From Felis catus (taxonomy: Eukaryota): a stretch of 64,000 bases of DNA. Each line of letters opens with the position of its first letter. The first letter of the stretch is position 1. Location of the stretch: the NCBI RefSeq assembly GCF_018350175.1, contig NC_058383.1, forward strand, positions 4,900,001-4,964,000. The letters are read 5' to 3'. The position numbers and the translations under genes were made by a program. Below the pieces are notes generated by a model that saw nothing but the letters and a program-made list of their open reading frames with translations, was not told the DNA's origin and did not search any database. Positions 22,245 to 35,337 of this stretch are shown here, in pieces.

Positions 22245-24365
22245 GGGGCGCCTGGGTGGCTCAATCGGTTAAGCTTCCGACTTTGGCTCAGGTCATGATC
22301 TCGAGGCTAGTGGGTTCGAGCTCTAGCTCGGGCTCCATGCTGGCGATGCAGAGTCTGCTTGGGATTCGCTCTCCCTCTCTCTGCCCCTCCTGTGCTCTCT
22401 TGCTTTCTCTCAAAATAAATAAATAAACTTTAAAAAAGTGGTTAAGGGCGCTTAGGTGGCTCAGTCAGTTAAGCGTCCAACTCGATTTTGGCTCAGGTCA
22501 TATCTTACGGTTTGTGAGATTGAGCCTCTAGTTGGGCTCTGTGCTGATCGCGCGAAGCCTGCTTGGGATTTGGGATTCTCTCCCTCTCACCCCCCCCCCC
22601 CCAATAAATAAACTTAAAAAAAAATCCTAAGTGGTTAGTGGGAACCCTGAGTAAGAAAATCACAAGCTTTGGGATCAGCCTTGTTTTAGGAGTCTCAGCT
22701 CCTCACACTCTAGCTCTGTGACCCTGGATTAACGAGTCTCTTCCCTCTGTTACCTGCAGACTCTTGCTGTAGGATTTTTGTGAGGTGTGAATGAGCCCAT
22801 GTCTGTGAAGCTCAAAATAGAACTTGAGGCACACACATTAAGTGCTCAGCACCTCTGTGACCCCCTGCTCCCCTCCCATTGTGCTTAGTTTGGGGACAGC
22901 TGCCTTGCAAGCTGGCTGGAAACCACTTCTGGCAGGAGTTCCTGGGGCCTATTTGAGAACACTGGTCAATTTTGCCCTTGTTGGGAGAGCAATGCATCTG
23001 CAGACCTTGACTCTTAAGTACCTTCCCCAAACCACCTGAGTGCCATCTAACAAGAGCTGATTGAATTGGGGCTCCACGTGGGCTTTTTTTTCTCCTGTGT
23101 CCTTCGCCCTCTAGTGACTGAATGTGGAATTAGCAAGAAACGCGCCCTGCTCAGTACAGGGGACACTCCCTTTACCCCTCTGAGTTAGCCTTTGTAGCGT
23201 GGCGGCGTCTTGTATAGGTGCTGTGGGTATTTCTCCTACTGATTCTGAAACAATTCCCTCTTAGCATTGGATTTTAAAGAAAGTTGCAGCATAATATAGC
23301 ACTAATCTTTTAAAAAGACAGGGACACTTTTTTACAACATTAGAATATTCCAGGTCTCCACTCCTAGTTTCACCTCGAGCACTTAATTTAAAAAACATTT
23401 TTTTCTTAATATTTATTTTTGAGAGAGACACAGAGCATGAGTGGAGAAGGCGCAGAGAGAGCGGGAGACACAGAATCCAAAGCAGGCTCCAGGCTGCCAG
23501 TGCGGAGACCGACACGGGGCTTGAACTCACGACCCGTGAGATCATGACCTGAGTCAATTGGATGCCCAACCGAGTCACCCGGGCGCTCTGATCGCCTTGA
23601 GCACTTTAAAGGTGAAAGTCTCAAGGCAAATGTTACACTACACTTGACTCTATTACCAAAACAGAATGGAAATACGCAACATATTTATTCTTCTACTAAG
23701 GGTTCTAAGACAATTAATGGTTGTGTAATAGGGAAACTGGTGTGCCCCGAAACTAAAAAAGTCACTTAAGTTTACTTGGAATTCTGAGAATTGAAGATCT
23801 CAGGGCTGTCAAGAAGGCCTTAGAAAAACAACTGTCCAAATTCCTGAAAGATCACCTAGCTAACATTGCCCGACACCCATCTGACAGAGTCTAAATGCAA
23901 GGGTATTAATTTTACTCAGGACAGGGATTTACTCATATGAAAGAAAATTAAGTGCTAAAGGAATAGTGGAAGAAATGAATCAGTTGATTTGGAAAAATGA
24001 AAGTAAAGATCACTGTTTCTCCAAGTTAATGTTTTTAAATAGCTCTAATTTGGGGCACCTGGGTGGCTCAGTAAGTTAAGTGTCTGACTTTGGCTCAGGT
24101 CATGATCTCAGTTTGTGAATTCGAGCCCTGCATCAGACTCTGTGCACTGACCACATGGAACCTACTTGGGATTCTCTCTCTCCCCCTCTTTCTCTGCCCC
24201 TCTTCTGCTCGTGCTTTCTGTCTCTCTCAAAATAAACTTTAAAAAATAAAATAGCTCTAATTCAACCAATGGAATGTTATACGGAAATAGGACATAACTT
24301 GCAGAGATTAGAACTATTCAAAATACGTTTTTTATTTTTATTTTTTAATTGTTATATTTATTTTT

Positions 24366-24411
<46 letters not shown>

Positions 24412-24571
24412 GGGGGAGGGGCAGTGAGAGAGGGAGACACAGAATCCGAAGCAGGCTCCAGGCTCCGAGCTGTTAGCACAGAGCCTGATGCGGGGCTCGA
24501 ACTCATGGACTGTGAGATCATGACCTGAGCCGAAGTCGGATGCTCAACCGACTGAGCCACCCAGGCGCCCC
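22245..24571. mobile_element. Intergenic Can-SINEs: + 22245-22437, + 22446-22624, - 23398-23588, + 24052-24250, - 24333-24571
   Basis: Canonical bodies; TSD CAAAATACGTTTTT around the last copy. Confidence 0.9.
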
Positions 24572-25049
24572 AAAATACGTTTTTTTAATATGCACACTAC
24601 CTCTTTGAAATGATAGTTTTGTGGGTTGTTATTGTTCTTAACATTGACAGCTTATCTTTACTAACAAAAGTTTATATCGAAGAATTTTCTTACTCCTAAG
24701 CCTTACAAATCCTGCTTTCAAAAGGGAAGTATTACATTTGAGAATATTCGGATCATAGACACAGGCCTCTCTAACTTCAGAATCACCCTCTTTTCCTACT
24801 CTTCCTCCAATCTCGTTTTAGTATCTTTTTCAGGGAAGTCCTCCCTGACCTCTCTGATTAAGTCACTGGCCACACCAAGTACTCAAGTACTTATTTTATA
24901 ATGAATAGTTCTCTTTTCTATAGAAACCTTGTAACATCCCCATTTACAATCTCTGTACGATTTCCACAACCATCAATACAATTTCAATTTTATACTTAAC
25001 CCTGAAATTTTGCCCTTTAGAAGGAACTTCAGACTTAGAAAATCTTGAC

Positions 25050-25440
25050 ATTTAATGAATTTATTTATTCATTCATCAACTATTTAGTAAGTGCCTGTAA
25101 TGTGCTCTATCACGTGCACAGCAGTCAACAAGATGGACAGGGTAAATTGCTCGTGTAATTTACACCCTAAGGTGGGAGGAGAGAGGTATAACAAACATGG
25201 TGCAGTGTCACGGAGTAATTATTATGAGAAAAACTAAAGCAGGGTAAGGGAATGGAAACAGGAGGGTGTACAACTGTTTAGATAAGGTGGCCACAGAAGG
25301 CGTCTTTGAGACCCGGACACTGGCGCTGAGGCCTGAATGAACTGAGAGAGAGACATGGAACTACCCGGGGAGGAGCAGCCCTGGCAGAGGACACAGAAAA
25401 TGTAAAAGCCCTGGGGCGACAATGAACTTGCTGTATTTGG
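25050..25440 (-). mobile_element. L2 3' end fragment
   Basis: TTCATTCATCAACTATTTAGTAAGTGCCTGTAATGTGC...GAGGCCTGAATGAA pattern. Confidence 0.55.
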
Positions 25441-26274
25441 GGGTTGGGGGTTGGGGAAGGCGGCAGGCAGCGGGGTGACGGAGAGAGAGAATGGTAACCC
25501 AAACCCAGGGAGACATACAGTCACGCACTGACAGACTTGATGTGTGACTACCAGGGAAAAACCTTTCCGGAGTGGGGGTGGGGGGTTGGAGTCAATGTTA
25601 CGCACAAAGTGTATTCAGGGGAAATACCTTGTCGGGGGCGAGAGGAGTAACAGCAGAATGAGGGGCACAATGAGATCGGACCAGGCATAAGGCAAAGGAG
25701 GCTGGGACGAGGGTGGAGGAGAGTGGAGGTGCTAAGTGCTCAGAAACCACGCCACTAGGCGACCGCCTGCTCGCGGGGAAGGGGCGCGGATCAGGCTATC
25801 ACCCCCACGCCCCAGCCCCGAGCCGCCAGGTGGTTTCAGACCCGGAACTCAGAGGCGTCCTAACGCGGCACTCCTGACCGCAGGGAGCATCGATGGTCAC
25901 ACGCCTCGAAGCCCACAGACCTGGGATGAGCCTCAGATCCGCCATTAACAGCCGTGGATCTCGGTGGGGAGGGCAATTTCTCCGGGCCTGAAGAGTCCTT
26001 ACCTACAAAACGGGAATATTGTCAGAACGGACTTCCCTCCCGTGCAAAAACAGCTATCAAGCCAACCAGAGTCCTCCGGGGTCAGTGTATCTGCGCAGGC
26101 GCGGAGCGTCCCGCTGCTGCGAGGGGGCTCAGTGCGCGTGCGCCGGGCCGGGCCCTAGCGCGCGCCTGCGCGGAGTCGCAGTCAGTTTGGCGTTGGTTCC
26201 GAGAGGGCGCGGGGTTTCCAGTGGCCGCCGGCGCGCGGGAGGCTGGCCCGAGGCCGGGCAGCGGGGCCTCCGCC

Positions 26275-26369
26275 ATGCCCGGGATGGTGCTCTTCGGTCG
26301 GCGATGGGCCATCGCCAGTGACGACCTGGTCTTCCCGGGGTTCTTCGAGCTGTCCCTGCGAGTGGTGTG
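26275..26369 (+). CDS. DAGLB: Diacylglycerol lipase beta, coding exon 1 (95 nt)
   Basis: [39 protein letters not shown](W) |GTAAGG. Confidence 0.97.
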
Positions 26370-26396
26370 GTAAGGGCGGCGGGCTGTGTGGGCTGG

Positions 26397-26422
26397 CGGC
26401 CGGCCGGCCGGCCGGCCGGCCG
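26397..26422. repeat. (GGCC)6 palindromic tetranucleotide repeat
   Basis: C(GGCC)6G read directly. Confidence 0.95.
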
Positions 26423-27501
26423 GGGTGCGCAGGGAGCGGGTCCGGGAGTAGCGTCCGTGTCGCCGGGTTTGTGCGCGCCGACTCGGGCCCCACGTTCCCG
26501 CATCGGGGCCTCCCCGCCGCCGAGGACCTGGGTGCTGCCGCTCTACCCATTTCACGGAGGGCTCACCGAGGCCGGAGCGGGTCGGCCAGGCCCGGGGGCA
26601 CCCAGGTGGGTCCCGTGGCACCGGCGCCCGTCGCGTGCGGCGCCTAGGCCTGGCCCTGGGAGCCTCCGGAACGTCGTTCCCGACCAAAGGCCGTGACCTC
26701 CGGTTCCGCTTCCTGGAGCCGGGGAGCAGCCCTTGCATGATCACGGCGCTCGGCCTGGAAACGCAGGGCATCTTTTGTCCGCCAGAGGAAAGATGGAACA
26801 TAATAGCGTGGCTGCCGTTCCCGAGCTGGTTGTGGCCGAGTTCCATGCATGAGGAGCAGTCAGGCTCAGGCTCGGGAAATATGTACCCTCTCGTCTTTCC
26901 AAGTGTGGAACCCATGGGAACTGGAATTGGGCTCCTGAGGTCTGTTCCCAGCCGGTCTGAGCAGGGAATTAAACAGCACCACTGTAATTTTTTAAAAACA
27001 CATTCTTGAGGGGAAAGGAATACAAAAACACGAAATATTGGAAGTGGCTTCTCAGTAGTTTCGTAATTTCCAGAGCTGAGCCTCTGAAATCGTTTCCCAA
27101 TATTATTTCCAGACCCAAAGTCTTATACAAAAGCATAAGATGTTATCTAGTCCAGTTCCACCTCTGGGCTTGAATCCTTAATACAGCGTTCTTGCCAGGG
27201 GTGCTCTGCCCTTTGCTGAAATACCTCTGGGGACCGGTCGCTATTACTTTGCCTTGTTTGGGGTTGTCTTTATTGTTATTCTGCACTGAAGTGCTGCACT
27301 GAAATCTCGAAGTCGCAATACTTGGCCTTTCACGCTTATCAGCGTTCACTATCCATGGTCTTTGGATAACTTCTTGCCTGCTGCTTTTGTATCACACAGC
27401 AGATTACAATGTGTCAATTTCTCTTTAATACACAGGAGTAAACGCTATCTTGTTAATAATTTAGCAAGCATGTACTTTGTTGATTTACAGTTGCATATTT
27501 C

Positions 27502-27702
27502 TTTTTTTCATTAATTTATTTGGGGGGGGGGGGAGGAACCTGAGTGGGAGAGGGGCAGAGGTCGAGAGAGAGAATATGAATGAATGAATCCCAAGCGGGC
27601 TCTGTGCACTGCCAGCTCGGGGCTTGAACTCATGAACCACGAGATCATGATGTCAGCTGAAACCAAGAGACAGATGTTCAACCGACTGAGCCACCCAGGT
27701 GC
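27502..27702 (-). mobile_element. Can-SINE
   Basis: Antisense body; degenerate TSD TACAGTTGCAT / TACGGTTGCAT. Confidence 0.85.
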
Positions 27703-28100
27703 TTCTACGGTTGCATCTTTCTGAGTCATTATGGGGTTGCTGTTTTTCAGCAGTTCATAGTATGTTTGCGTATGGCGTTAAATACCTCTTATGAACTACA
27801 GCAGGCATAGAATAAGGGCAGTCATGTAGGCACAGAAAGTATAAAGCTAATTTTTTTAAAGTCATACTTTTTAATTGGCTTAGTAGATTTTTTATTATTT
27901 TTTTTAGGTCTTTTATCGAAGAAAATTTTAGTCCAAAGTAAATTTCACCTTGTTTGGGGAAATGTTAACTTCTTTAAAATTTTTATTTTTAAATATTTAA
28001 AAAAAAATTTTAGAAATGTTAACTCCTTTTATTTCTTTCTGTTATGTTTTGCAGAGTAGTTCCTTGGATTCCATTTCTGACTCTCCCTATCTCTTGGCAG

Positions 28101-28252
28101 GTGGATTGGCATTTTGACTTTGTACCTCCTGCACAGAGGCAAGCTGGACTGTGCTGGCGGTGTCCTCCTCAGCAGTTACTTGATTGTTCTTATTGTCCTC
28201 CTAGCAGTTATAATATGTACCCTGACAGCCATCGTATGTGTCAGCATGAAAG
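28101..28252 (+). CDS. DAGLB: DAGLB coding exon 2 (152 nt)
   Basis: [63 protein letters not shown]. Confidence 0.97.
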
Positions 28253-28284
28253 GTAAAGCCTTTTGTATTTGCCGTCTGTTCTTT

Positions 28285-29390
28285 AACAGCTTGATTGAGA
28301 TATAATTCACATACTGTACAATTCTCCCATTTAAAGTGTGCAGGTCAAAGATTTTTAGTCTGTTCACAGAGCTGTCCAGCCATCACCACAGTTCTGGAAC
28401 ATTTTCATCATCCCTGAAAGAAATCCTATACCCATTAGCAATCATTCCTCATTTTTCCGGATTTCCGCAGCTCTAGCCATCCATGTATCTGCTTTCTGTC
28501 TGTAGGTTTGGCCATTCTGCCTCATATAGGTAGAATCATCCACCATGTGGCCGTTGGGTCTGGCTCCAAACTTAGCATGTTTTCAAGGTTGATTCATGTT
28601 TTAGCGTGTCAGTACTTCATTCTTCTTATGGTTGAGTAATGTTAATTACATTGAATGTATATGCCACATTTTACTTATCCGTTTGCCAGTTGGTGGGCAT
28701 TTGGAGTTATTTTACACTTTTGGGCTATTATAAATAATGCCACTATGAACATCCAGATCCATGTTTTTGTGTACATAGAGGTTTTTGTGTCTCTCGGACG
28801 TACCTAGGGTGGAATTGTTAGATCATGTGGTCACCGTGTGTTTAACCTTCTGAGGAGCTGCCAGACTGTTTTCCAAGCAGCTGTACCATTTTTATTTCAG
28901 TTTATGAAGCGTTTCCATTTCTCTACATCCTCACCAACACTTCTCATTGTCTGCCTTTTCGAGCATAGCCATCCTAGTGCACTTCATTGTGGTTTTGATT
29001 TGCAGTTCCTTTTTTTTTTTTTTTAATTTTTTTTTAAGGTTTATTTATTTTGGGGGGGTGGAGAACGCACAAACAGGAGGAGGGGAGGGGCAGAGAGTGA
29101 GGGAGACACAGAATCCGAAGCAGGCTCCAGGCTCTGAGCTGTCAGCACAGAGTCCGACACGGGGCTGAATCTCATGAACCGCAAGATCATGACCTGAGCC
29201 AAAGTTAGACATTTAACCAGCTGAGCCATCCAGGCGCCCTGATTTGCATCTCCTTGAGGACTAATGGTATTGAGCATCCTCTCATATGCTTAGTGGCCAT
29301 TTGTATATCATCTTTGGAGGTGTGTCTACTCAGATCCTTTGCCCAGTTTCAAGTGGGGTTATTTGTCATTTTTATTAGTGAGTTATAAGA
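28285..29390 (-). mobile_element. Antisense L1MB-like 3' fragment interrupted by a SINE (about 29009-29239)
   Basis: TTGAGATATAATTCACATAC...TTTAAAGTGTGCA...GAGCTGCCAGACTGTTTTCCAA...GCCATTTGTATATCATCTTTGGAG. Confidence 0.8.
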
Positions 29391-29396
29391 ATTCTA

Positions 29397-29768
29397 TTTT
29401 TTTATGTTCATTTATTTTTGAGAGTGAGAGAAACAGAGCATGAGTGGGGGAGGGGCAGAGAGAGAGAGGGAGACACAGAATCCGAAGCAGACTCCAGGCT
29501 CTGAGCTGTCAGCACAGAGCCCAATGCGGGGCTTGAACTCACAAACCGCGAGATCATGACCTGAGTCAAAGTCGGACGCTCAACCACCTGAGCCACCCAG
29601 GTGCCCCAGGAGTCCTGTCTATTCTTAATGATAATTCTTTCTGGGGCACCTGGGTGGCTCAGTCGGTTAAGTGTCTGACTTTGGCTCAGGTCATGACCTC
29701 ACAATCTGTGGGTTCAAGCCCCGCGTCGGGCTCTGTGCTGACAGCTCAGAGCCTGGAGCCTGCTTCAG

Positions 29769-29823
<55 letters not shown>

Positions 29824-31296
29824 AATAAATAAAGATTAACAAAAATTTTGTTTAAGTGATAATTCTTTTCTGTGTGTTAGGGTTTTTACTAGTCACTTCA
29901 CCCAAAATGTTGGGAACCTTCCCTATATGATTGCTTAGGCTCACAGGATGAGCCAAGCAGTGTGGCGCATTAGGAAGTATCAAAGGCAAGGATGTATGGT
30001 GTGCCGCTCTCCAGTGCATTTCATCGTTACTTGAATGGGGCTGCAGGAGGCATGCTTACACACTCAAAATGAAGATGGTAAAACTGGGTGGCAGGATCAC
30101 GATCTTGATGGTTTGGAATGACCAACTGAAACTTAAAAGGTGGTGGTCGCTCAGTGGCCAAGTGTTTCATGAGAAAGACCATAGGGTTTTGGACGACCAA
30201 GGAGTGTGGCTTGTGACCACTTCCTAGAGAAATGTATAGGAAAGAGAGCTCTGGGTATTTCAGCATGGCCCTGGAAACGTGAGTGCACGAAGAACGTCCC
30301 AGTTTTGTGATCTGTGTAATTCCCCATTGGGAGAAGTACCTTTATGTTTTTGTTTTTGTTTGAAATAAACTCTACCCCCAACGTAGATCTTGAACTGACC
30401 CTTAGCTCAGCAGTCAGCAGTTGCATGCTCTACTGACTGAGCCAGCCAGGTGCCCCAGCACTAAAGAGTTTTTTAATGAAGGCTGAATTTCTGAAAGATG
30501 AAGTAGTTAGATTGGTGTCATTTCAGCTATGGCATTGTCTCATTTATTTTATTATTTATTATTCATTTATTTTAGTTTTTTAGTTTTTTAAATTATTAAA
30601 ATTTTTTTAAATGTTTATTTTTGAGAGAGAGAGAGAGAGACCAAGCATGAGTCAGGGAGGGGCAGAGAGAGAGAGAGAGACAGAGAGAGAGACAGAGACA
30701 GAGACAGAGGGAGGGAGACACAAAATCCGAAGCAGGCTCCAAGCTCTGAGCTGTCAGCACAGAGCCCGATGTGGAGCTCAAACCCATGAACTGTGAGATC
30801 ATGACCTGAGCCTAAGTCGGAAACTCAACCAACTGAGCCACCCAGGTGCCCGTAGCATCATCTCATTTATTTGCCCTTTCTGTTCATGTCATATTCTGGT
30901 TAGGAGACCAAGTGTACAGCTATATCAGGAGGTTCAGATTTAAAGCAGTAATGTAGCTTTTTTTTCCCTTAAGTATTTTTTTCCTGATATTTTTGGTGGT
31001 GTCAGGGCACTTTCACACCCTGTGATGGATGGCCATGTTCACTGAGGCTCTTCCTCCTGAGCCTTTGCTTAATGCTTGCACCATCTCACATTCATGGTCA
31101 GGGCTCAGAAAACATATAACGGGTTGAGGCGCCTGGGTGGCTCAGTTGTTTGAGCGTCTGACTTCAGCTCAGGTCATGCATGACCTCACAGTTTGTGGGT
31201 TCGAGCCCCGTGTTGGGCTCTGTGCTGACAGCTCAGAACCTGGAGCCTACTTCTGATCTGCGTCTCCCTGTCTCTCTCTGCCGCTCCCCCACTCCT

Positions 31297-31348
<52 letters not shown>

Positions 31349-33937
31349 ATAAATATTAGGGGCGCCTGGGTGGCGCAGTCGGTTAAGCGTCCAACTTCAG
31401 CCAGGTCACGATCTTACGGTCCGTGAGTTCGAGCCCCACGTCAGGCTCTGGGCTGATGGCTCAGAGCCTGGAGCCTGTTTCCGATTCTGTGTCTCCCTGT
31501 CTCTCTGCCCCTCCCCCGTTCATGCTCTGTCTCTCTCTGTCCCCAAAACAAATAAATGTTGAAAAAATATATATATATTAAAAAAATTTTTTTTTTAACA
31601 TGTTGGTGTACATGTTAAGCATTATGTGCTGGTTGTGTGTGTGTTATAGGGAGGTTGCCCGTCCAGCAGCCTCTTCCAGTTTTACTCAGGACACCCCCTC
31701 CTCCCCGCCTCGCTCACATAGGAAGTGTGTGTGTCAGAGAAGCTGACCCTCCACCCAGCTCAGGAATGATTCTCATGGATGAGCCAGTGGACATGTGACC
31801 CAATTCCTTGCTCCTGTAGGAAAGATCCAGAAGGAACACAGTTTTTGCCCTGGGTGATTCTGTGTATGGATAAGCTGCTGAATCCCTGCTGTATCTCTAC
31901 TCACAGCCTAGGATGAGCTGACACACAAAGGAGGGCAGAGCCGTGAGAAGCAAGAATGCCGGTGACACCTGTCTTGGCTCTGCACTTCCAGTCCCTGAAG
32001 TCAGGACAGGTCCTTCCTGTTCTTAAACCTTTTGTTACTTGTGGCTGGAGATACCACAACCGAACTAAAAACAGTACTTTATAAAGCATGTTAGTTTAAT
32101 TGCCAGTGTGTTACAAATAATATTGTATGCCTTATTTTTTTTTTTTTTTTTTATTAAAATTTTTTTTTTTTCAATGTTTTTTATTTATTTTTGGGACACA
32201 GAGAGACAGAGCATGAACGGGGGAGGGGCAGAGAGAGAGGGAGACACAGAATCGGAAACAGGCTCCAGGCTCCGAGCCATCATCAGCCCAGAGCCCGACG
32301 CGGGGCTCGAACTCACGGACTGCGAGATCGTGACCTGGCTGAAGTCGGACGCCCAACCGACTGCGCCACCCAGGCGCCCCTATTGTATGCCTTATTAAGG
32401 GCACCTCGGTGGCTCTTGATTTTGGCTTAGGTCATGATCTCACGGTTCGTAGGATTGAGCCCCACATAGGGCTCTGTGCTGACAGTGCGGAGCCTGCTTG
32501 GGATTCTCTTTCTCCCTATGCCCCTCTTGTACCTGCGTGCGTGTGTGCACGTACCTTCTCTCTCTTTCTCAAAATATATAAATAAACATCAAAATATATA
32601 TATCTTAAGTAAATTTCAGAAAAATATCATAAGGTTAAAAAAAGCAAAACGAAAACAATATTGTAACATATGAGACTATGAGACTTAAAGCCAATCTTCT
32701 TCATGTATTAGGGGTCCTACTACAATAAATAAGAAAAAGACTGATCATCAGTAGAAAAACGGGCAAAGGTCATAAACAGTAAAATAAATATAAGTGACTT
32801 TTACATGTACTAAAAACGTTCAGCCTCAGTCGCCATAACAAAAAGTCACCCACATGATACATGGAGTTGGCAAGGCTGTGCGGAAATAAGCAGCTCGTTT
32901 TGTTTGTAAGTATACGTTGGAAGCCAGATTTGGGAAGCACACTGTGTATTAGGCAGTATTTTCGTATATTTTTGCACGTGTGAAGACAAGTCCTTGTAGG
33001 TGAAGAAACAAAACAGATGAATATATAGGAAGGGAAAAAAAAAATGTTAAGAGACTCTTAACAATAGAGGACAGACAGCGTTGATGGAGGGAGGCAAGAG
33101 GTTGCTACTAAGGAGGGCCCTTGTGATGAGCAGTGGGTGTTACGTGTGGGTGGCGAATCACTAAATTCTACTCCTGAACTGATATTGCACTGTATGTTAA
33201 CTGGCTAGAATGTAAATAAAAATGGGGGGTGGGGGGAAGATGTCCTTGTAGGGACGTTCATTGCAGTGCTATTCGTAGGTATGAAAGATCAGAACAAACC
33301 CCATTCCTGTCACTAGGCCATGGGTTGGGTCTTTGCACATGTTACAAAGAATGGGGACTGCTTTGTGGACAGGTAAGGAGTGATTTCCAAAACACTGAGA
33401 TATAGGGCCTTGTATGTAGTTTGCTACCTTTTCCTGAAGAGAAGACAACCGAAAGACTGGGGTACAGAGGCTTAATACTATGTACTTACTAGAACTGTTT
33501 GAACTTTTTACCTTTTTACATGCATTACCTGCACAAAATTGATGAGTTTTCTGTAAATTGTAAGTTTTGTATATGTATGTAAATTGTTATTTTTTAATTT
33601 TTAAAAAAACGTTTATTCATTTTTTGAGAGAGAGAGCGCGCAAGCAGGGGAGGGGCAGAGAGAGAGGGAGACACTGAATCCGAAACAGGCTCCAGGCTTT
33701 GAGCTGTCAGCACAGAGCCTGATGCAGGGTTCGAACCCACAAACCGTGGAATCATGACCTGAGCCGAAGTCGGACGCTTAATTGAGCCATCCAGGCGCCC
33801 CTATTTTTATTTTCTTAAGCAGGTGTCACACCCAGCATAGAGCCCAGTGCGGGTCCTGAACTCATGACCCTTAGACCAAGACCTGTGCTGAGGTCAAGAG
33901 TCAGGCGCCTTAACTGACTTAGCCACCCAGGCACACC
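29397..33937. mobile_element. Dense Can-SINE cluster in DAGLB intron 2: - 29397-29607, + 29643-29845, - 30340-30456, - 30600-30851, + 31126-31357, + 31359-31585 (SINEC_Fc-type), - 32135-32380 (SINEC_Fc-type), + 32399-32600, - 33590-33801, - 33803-33937
   Basis: Canonical heads and tails; long (CT)n at about 29771-29820 and 31298-31342; perfect TSD TATTGTATGCCTTATT at 32121-32136 and 32381-32396. Confidence 0.9.
33000..33225 (+). mobile_element. Carnivore L1 3' terminal fragment
   Basis: AAGAGACTCTTAACAATAGAG...TTGTGATGAGCAGTGGGTGTTA...GAATCACTAAATTCTACTCCTGAA...CACTGTATGTTAACT...AAATAAAAA. Confidence 0.75.
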
Positions 33938-35337
33938 TTAGTTATATTTTGTAATAGCACATTGGTTAATTTTATTCTTGATACACGGATAATTTCTTTT
34001 GCCCCTTCTGTTCCGGGAGGCATCTCGGTGATTAACCTGTCACTTGTACTGAAAGACAGTGTTTATGTAGCTTTTGGCTGACCTTACTCTGTAAAGGAAA
34101 CGGCCCCAGTCGCAGAGGACGCATTTGGAACCAGTGGAGCTCATCTTTGCCCAGAAGACTGATGCCTGTGTATCTACCTGTCCTCTTTTTCCTGGTCATC
34201 TGTGTAACATAGTTGGGGAGAATCTTGATATTGTGGTAGTTTCCAGTTTCGATTTGAGAACCTCTCTGATGAAATCCTGCTGTTGGTCCCATGTAGGAGG
34301 TTTGATTAGGGAAGGTCCAGCCTCATGACAGCCACATTTTGGAAGAACACCCTCACCCTCCAGGGTCTGCCGTTCACTGTGTTTGACCCTGATTGTGGGA
34401 CATTTCCTTGCATCTCCTCTGCATTTATATGCGAGCTTGCAGCTCGTTTCGTGCTGGAGAAGATTACGGCAGTGTCTGGAGGTGTTGAGCCAAAGATTGT
34501 GTGACACGGGCCTGCCTTTTGTGGTTTTTACATAAAGGCTATGCCTGATGAAGACCAAGGCTGTGCCGAGGACATTCCATTCAAGGATGAAGTTCTGCTC
34601 GCTCGTTATGAGGCAGCAGCAGCCTCGCGCACTGCAGCAGCTGAGTCCGCCCTGGCGACCCCTTGCCTTGAGAGGAAGATCTATATGTAAATAAAAACGT
34701 TTTCATAGGAATGACTATATAAAGGAGATTTTTTTCAGCATCTTTATTTCTCTTTGGAATCCTAATCAGAACTCCATTTTCTGCTTCCCTATTTACGTAT
34801 TTATTTCATTCGCATAGTATCAGGACGTTGGGAGTTTCGGGCCCAGGTGCTGTTGGGGAATGCATTCCCTTATTCGGAGCTACTGCCTTCCGGTGTGCCC
34901 CGTGAGTGAGCCCAGATACTGTTTCCTGTTTTGCGGGTGATCGCCTATTGTTAGTAGTGGGCTCCAGATAGAGCACTGATTTTTCATATGCCTGCACTTT
35001 GTCCCTCAGAGAGAGACAGTGTTGTTTTGGTTACCTTCTATTTTGTCTTTGTGCCAAAAATGGGGCCCAGTAGTGTCTAACATTTTAAAATGTGACTCTG
35101 AGGTCATTTTTGGAACCTAAAGGCTATTTCCTCACCAAATCATTCTTTAGATCTTGTTTTCAATCATTGCTCTGGGGGCTTTTTTCCTTCACTGTTTTTG
35201 TTTTAATCATGGCATTTTTATGTTGCCTAAATCAGTATTTTATCACAACTTTTTCCCGAAGGGAGAGAGTTGATGTTTAACATCAGGAGTTGAAGCACCC
35301 AGGCCTCTCTCTTGATACTTGGATTTGTTTTGTATGC

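Larger units (their letters stand above)
25740..26780 (+). promoter_or_regulatory. DAGLB: CpG-island promoter of DAGLB with three NRF1-like sites
   Basis: High CpG density; TGCGCAGGCGC (26092-26102), TGCGCGTGCGC (26133-26143), GCGCCTGCGC (26162-26171); no TATA box seen. Confidence 0.85.

Noticed and set aside
25954..26274. In-frame upstream extension of DAGLB from a GTG
   Set aside because: Starts upstream of the NRF1-like promoter motifs and the likely TSS; no ATG; open frame expected in GC-rich DNA
26082..26915. 277-aa minus-strand ORF
   Set aside because: CpG-island artefact, Arg/Pro/Gly-rich with no domain features
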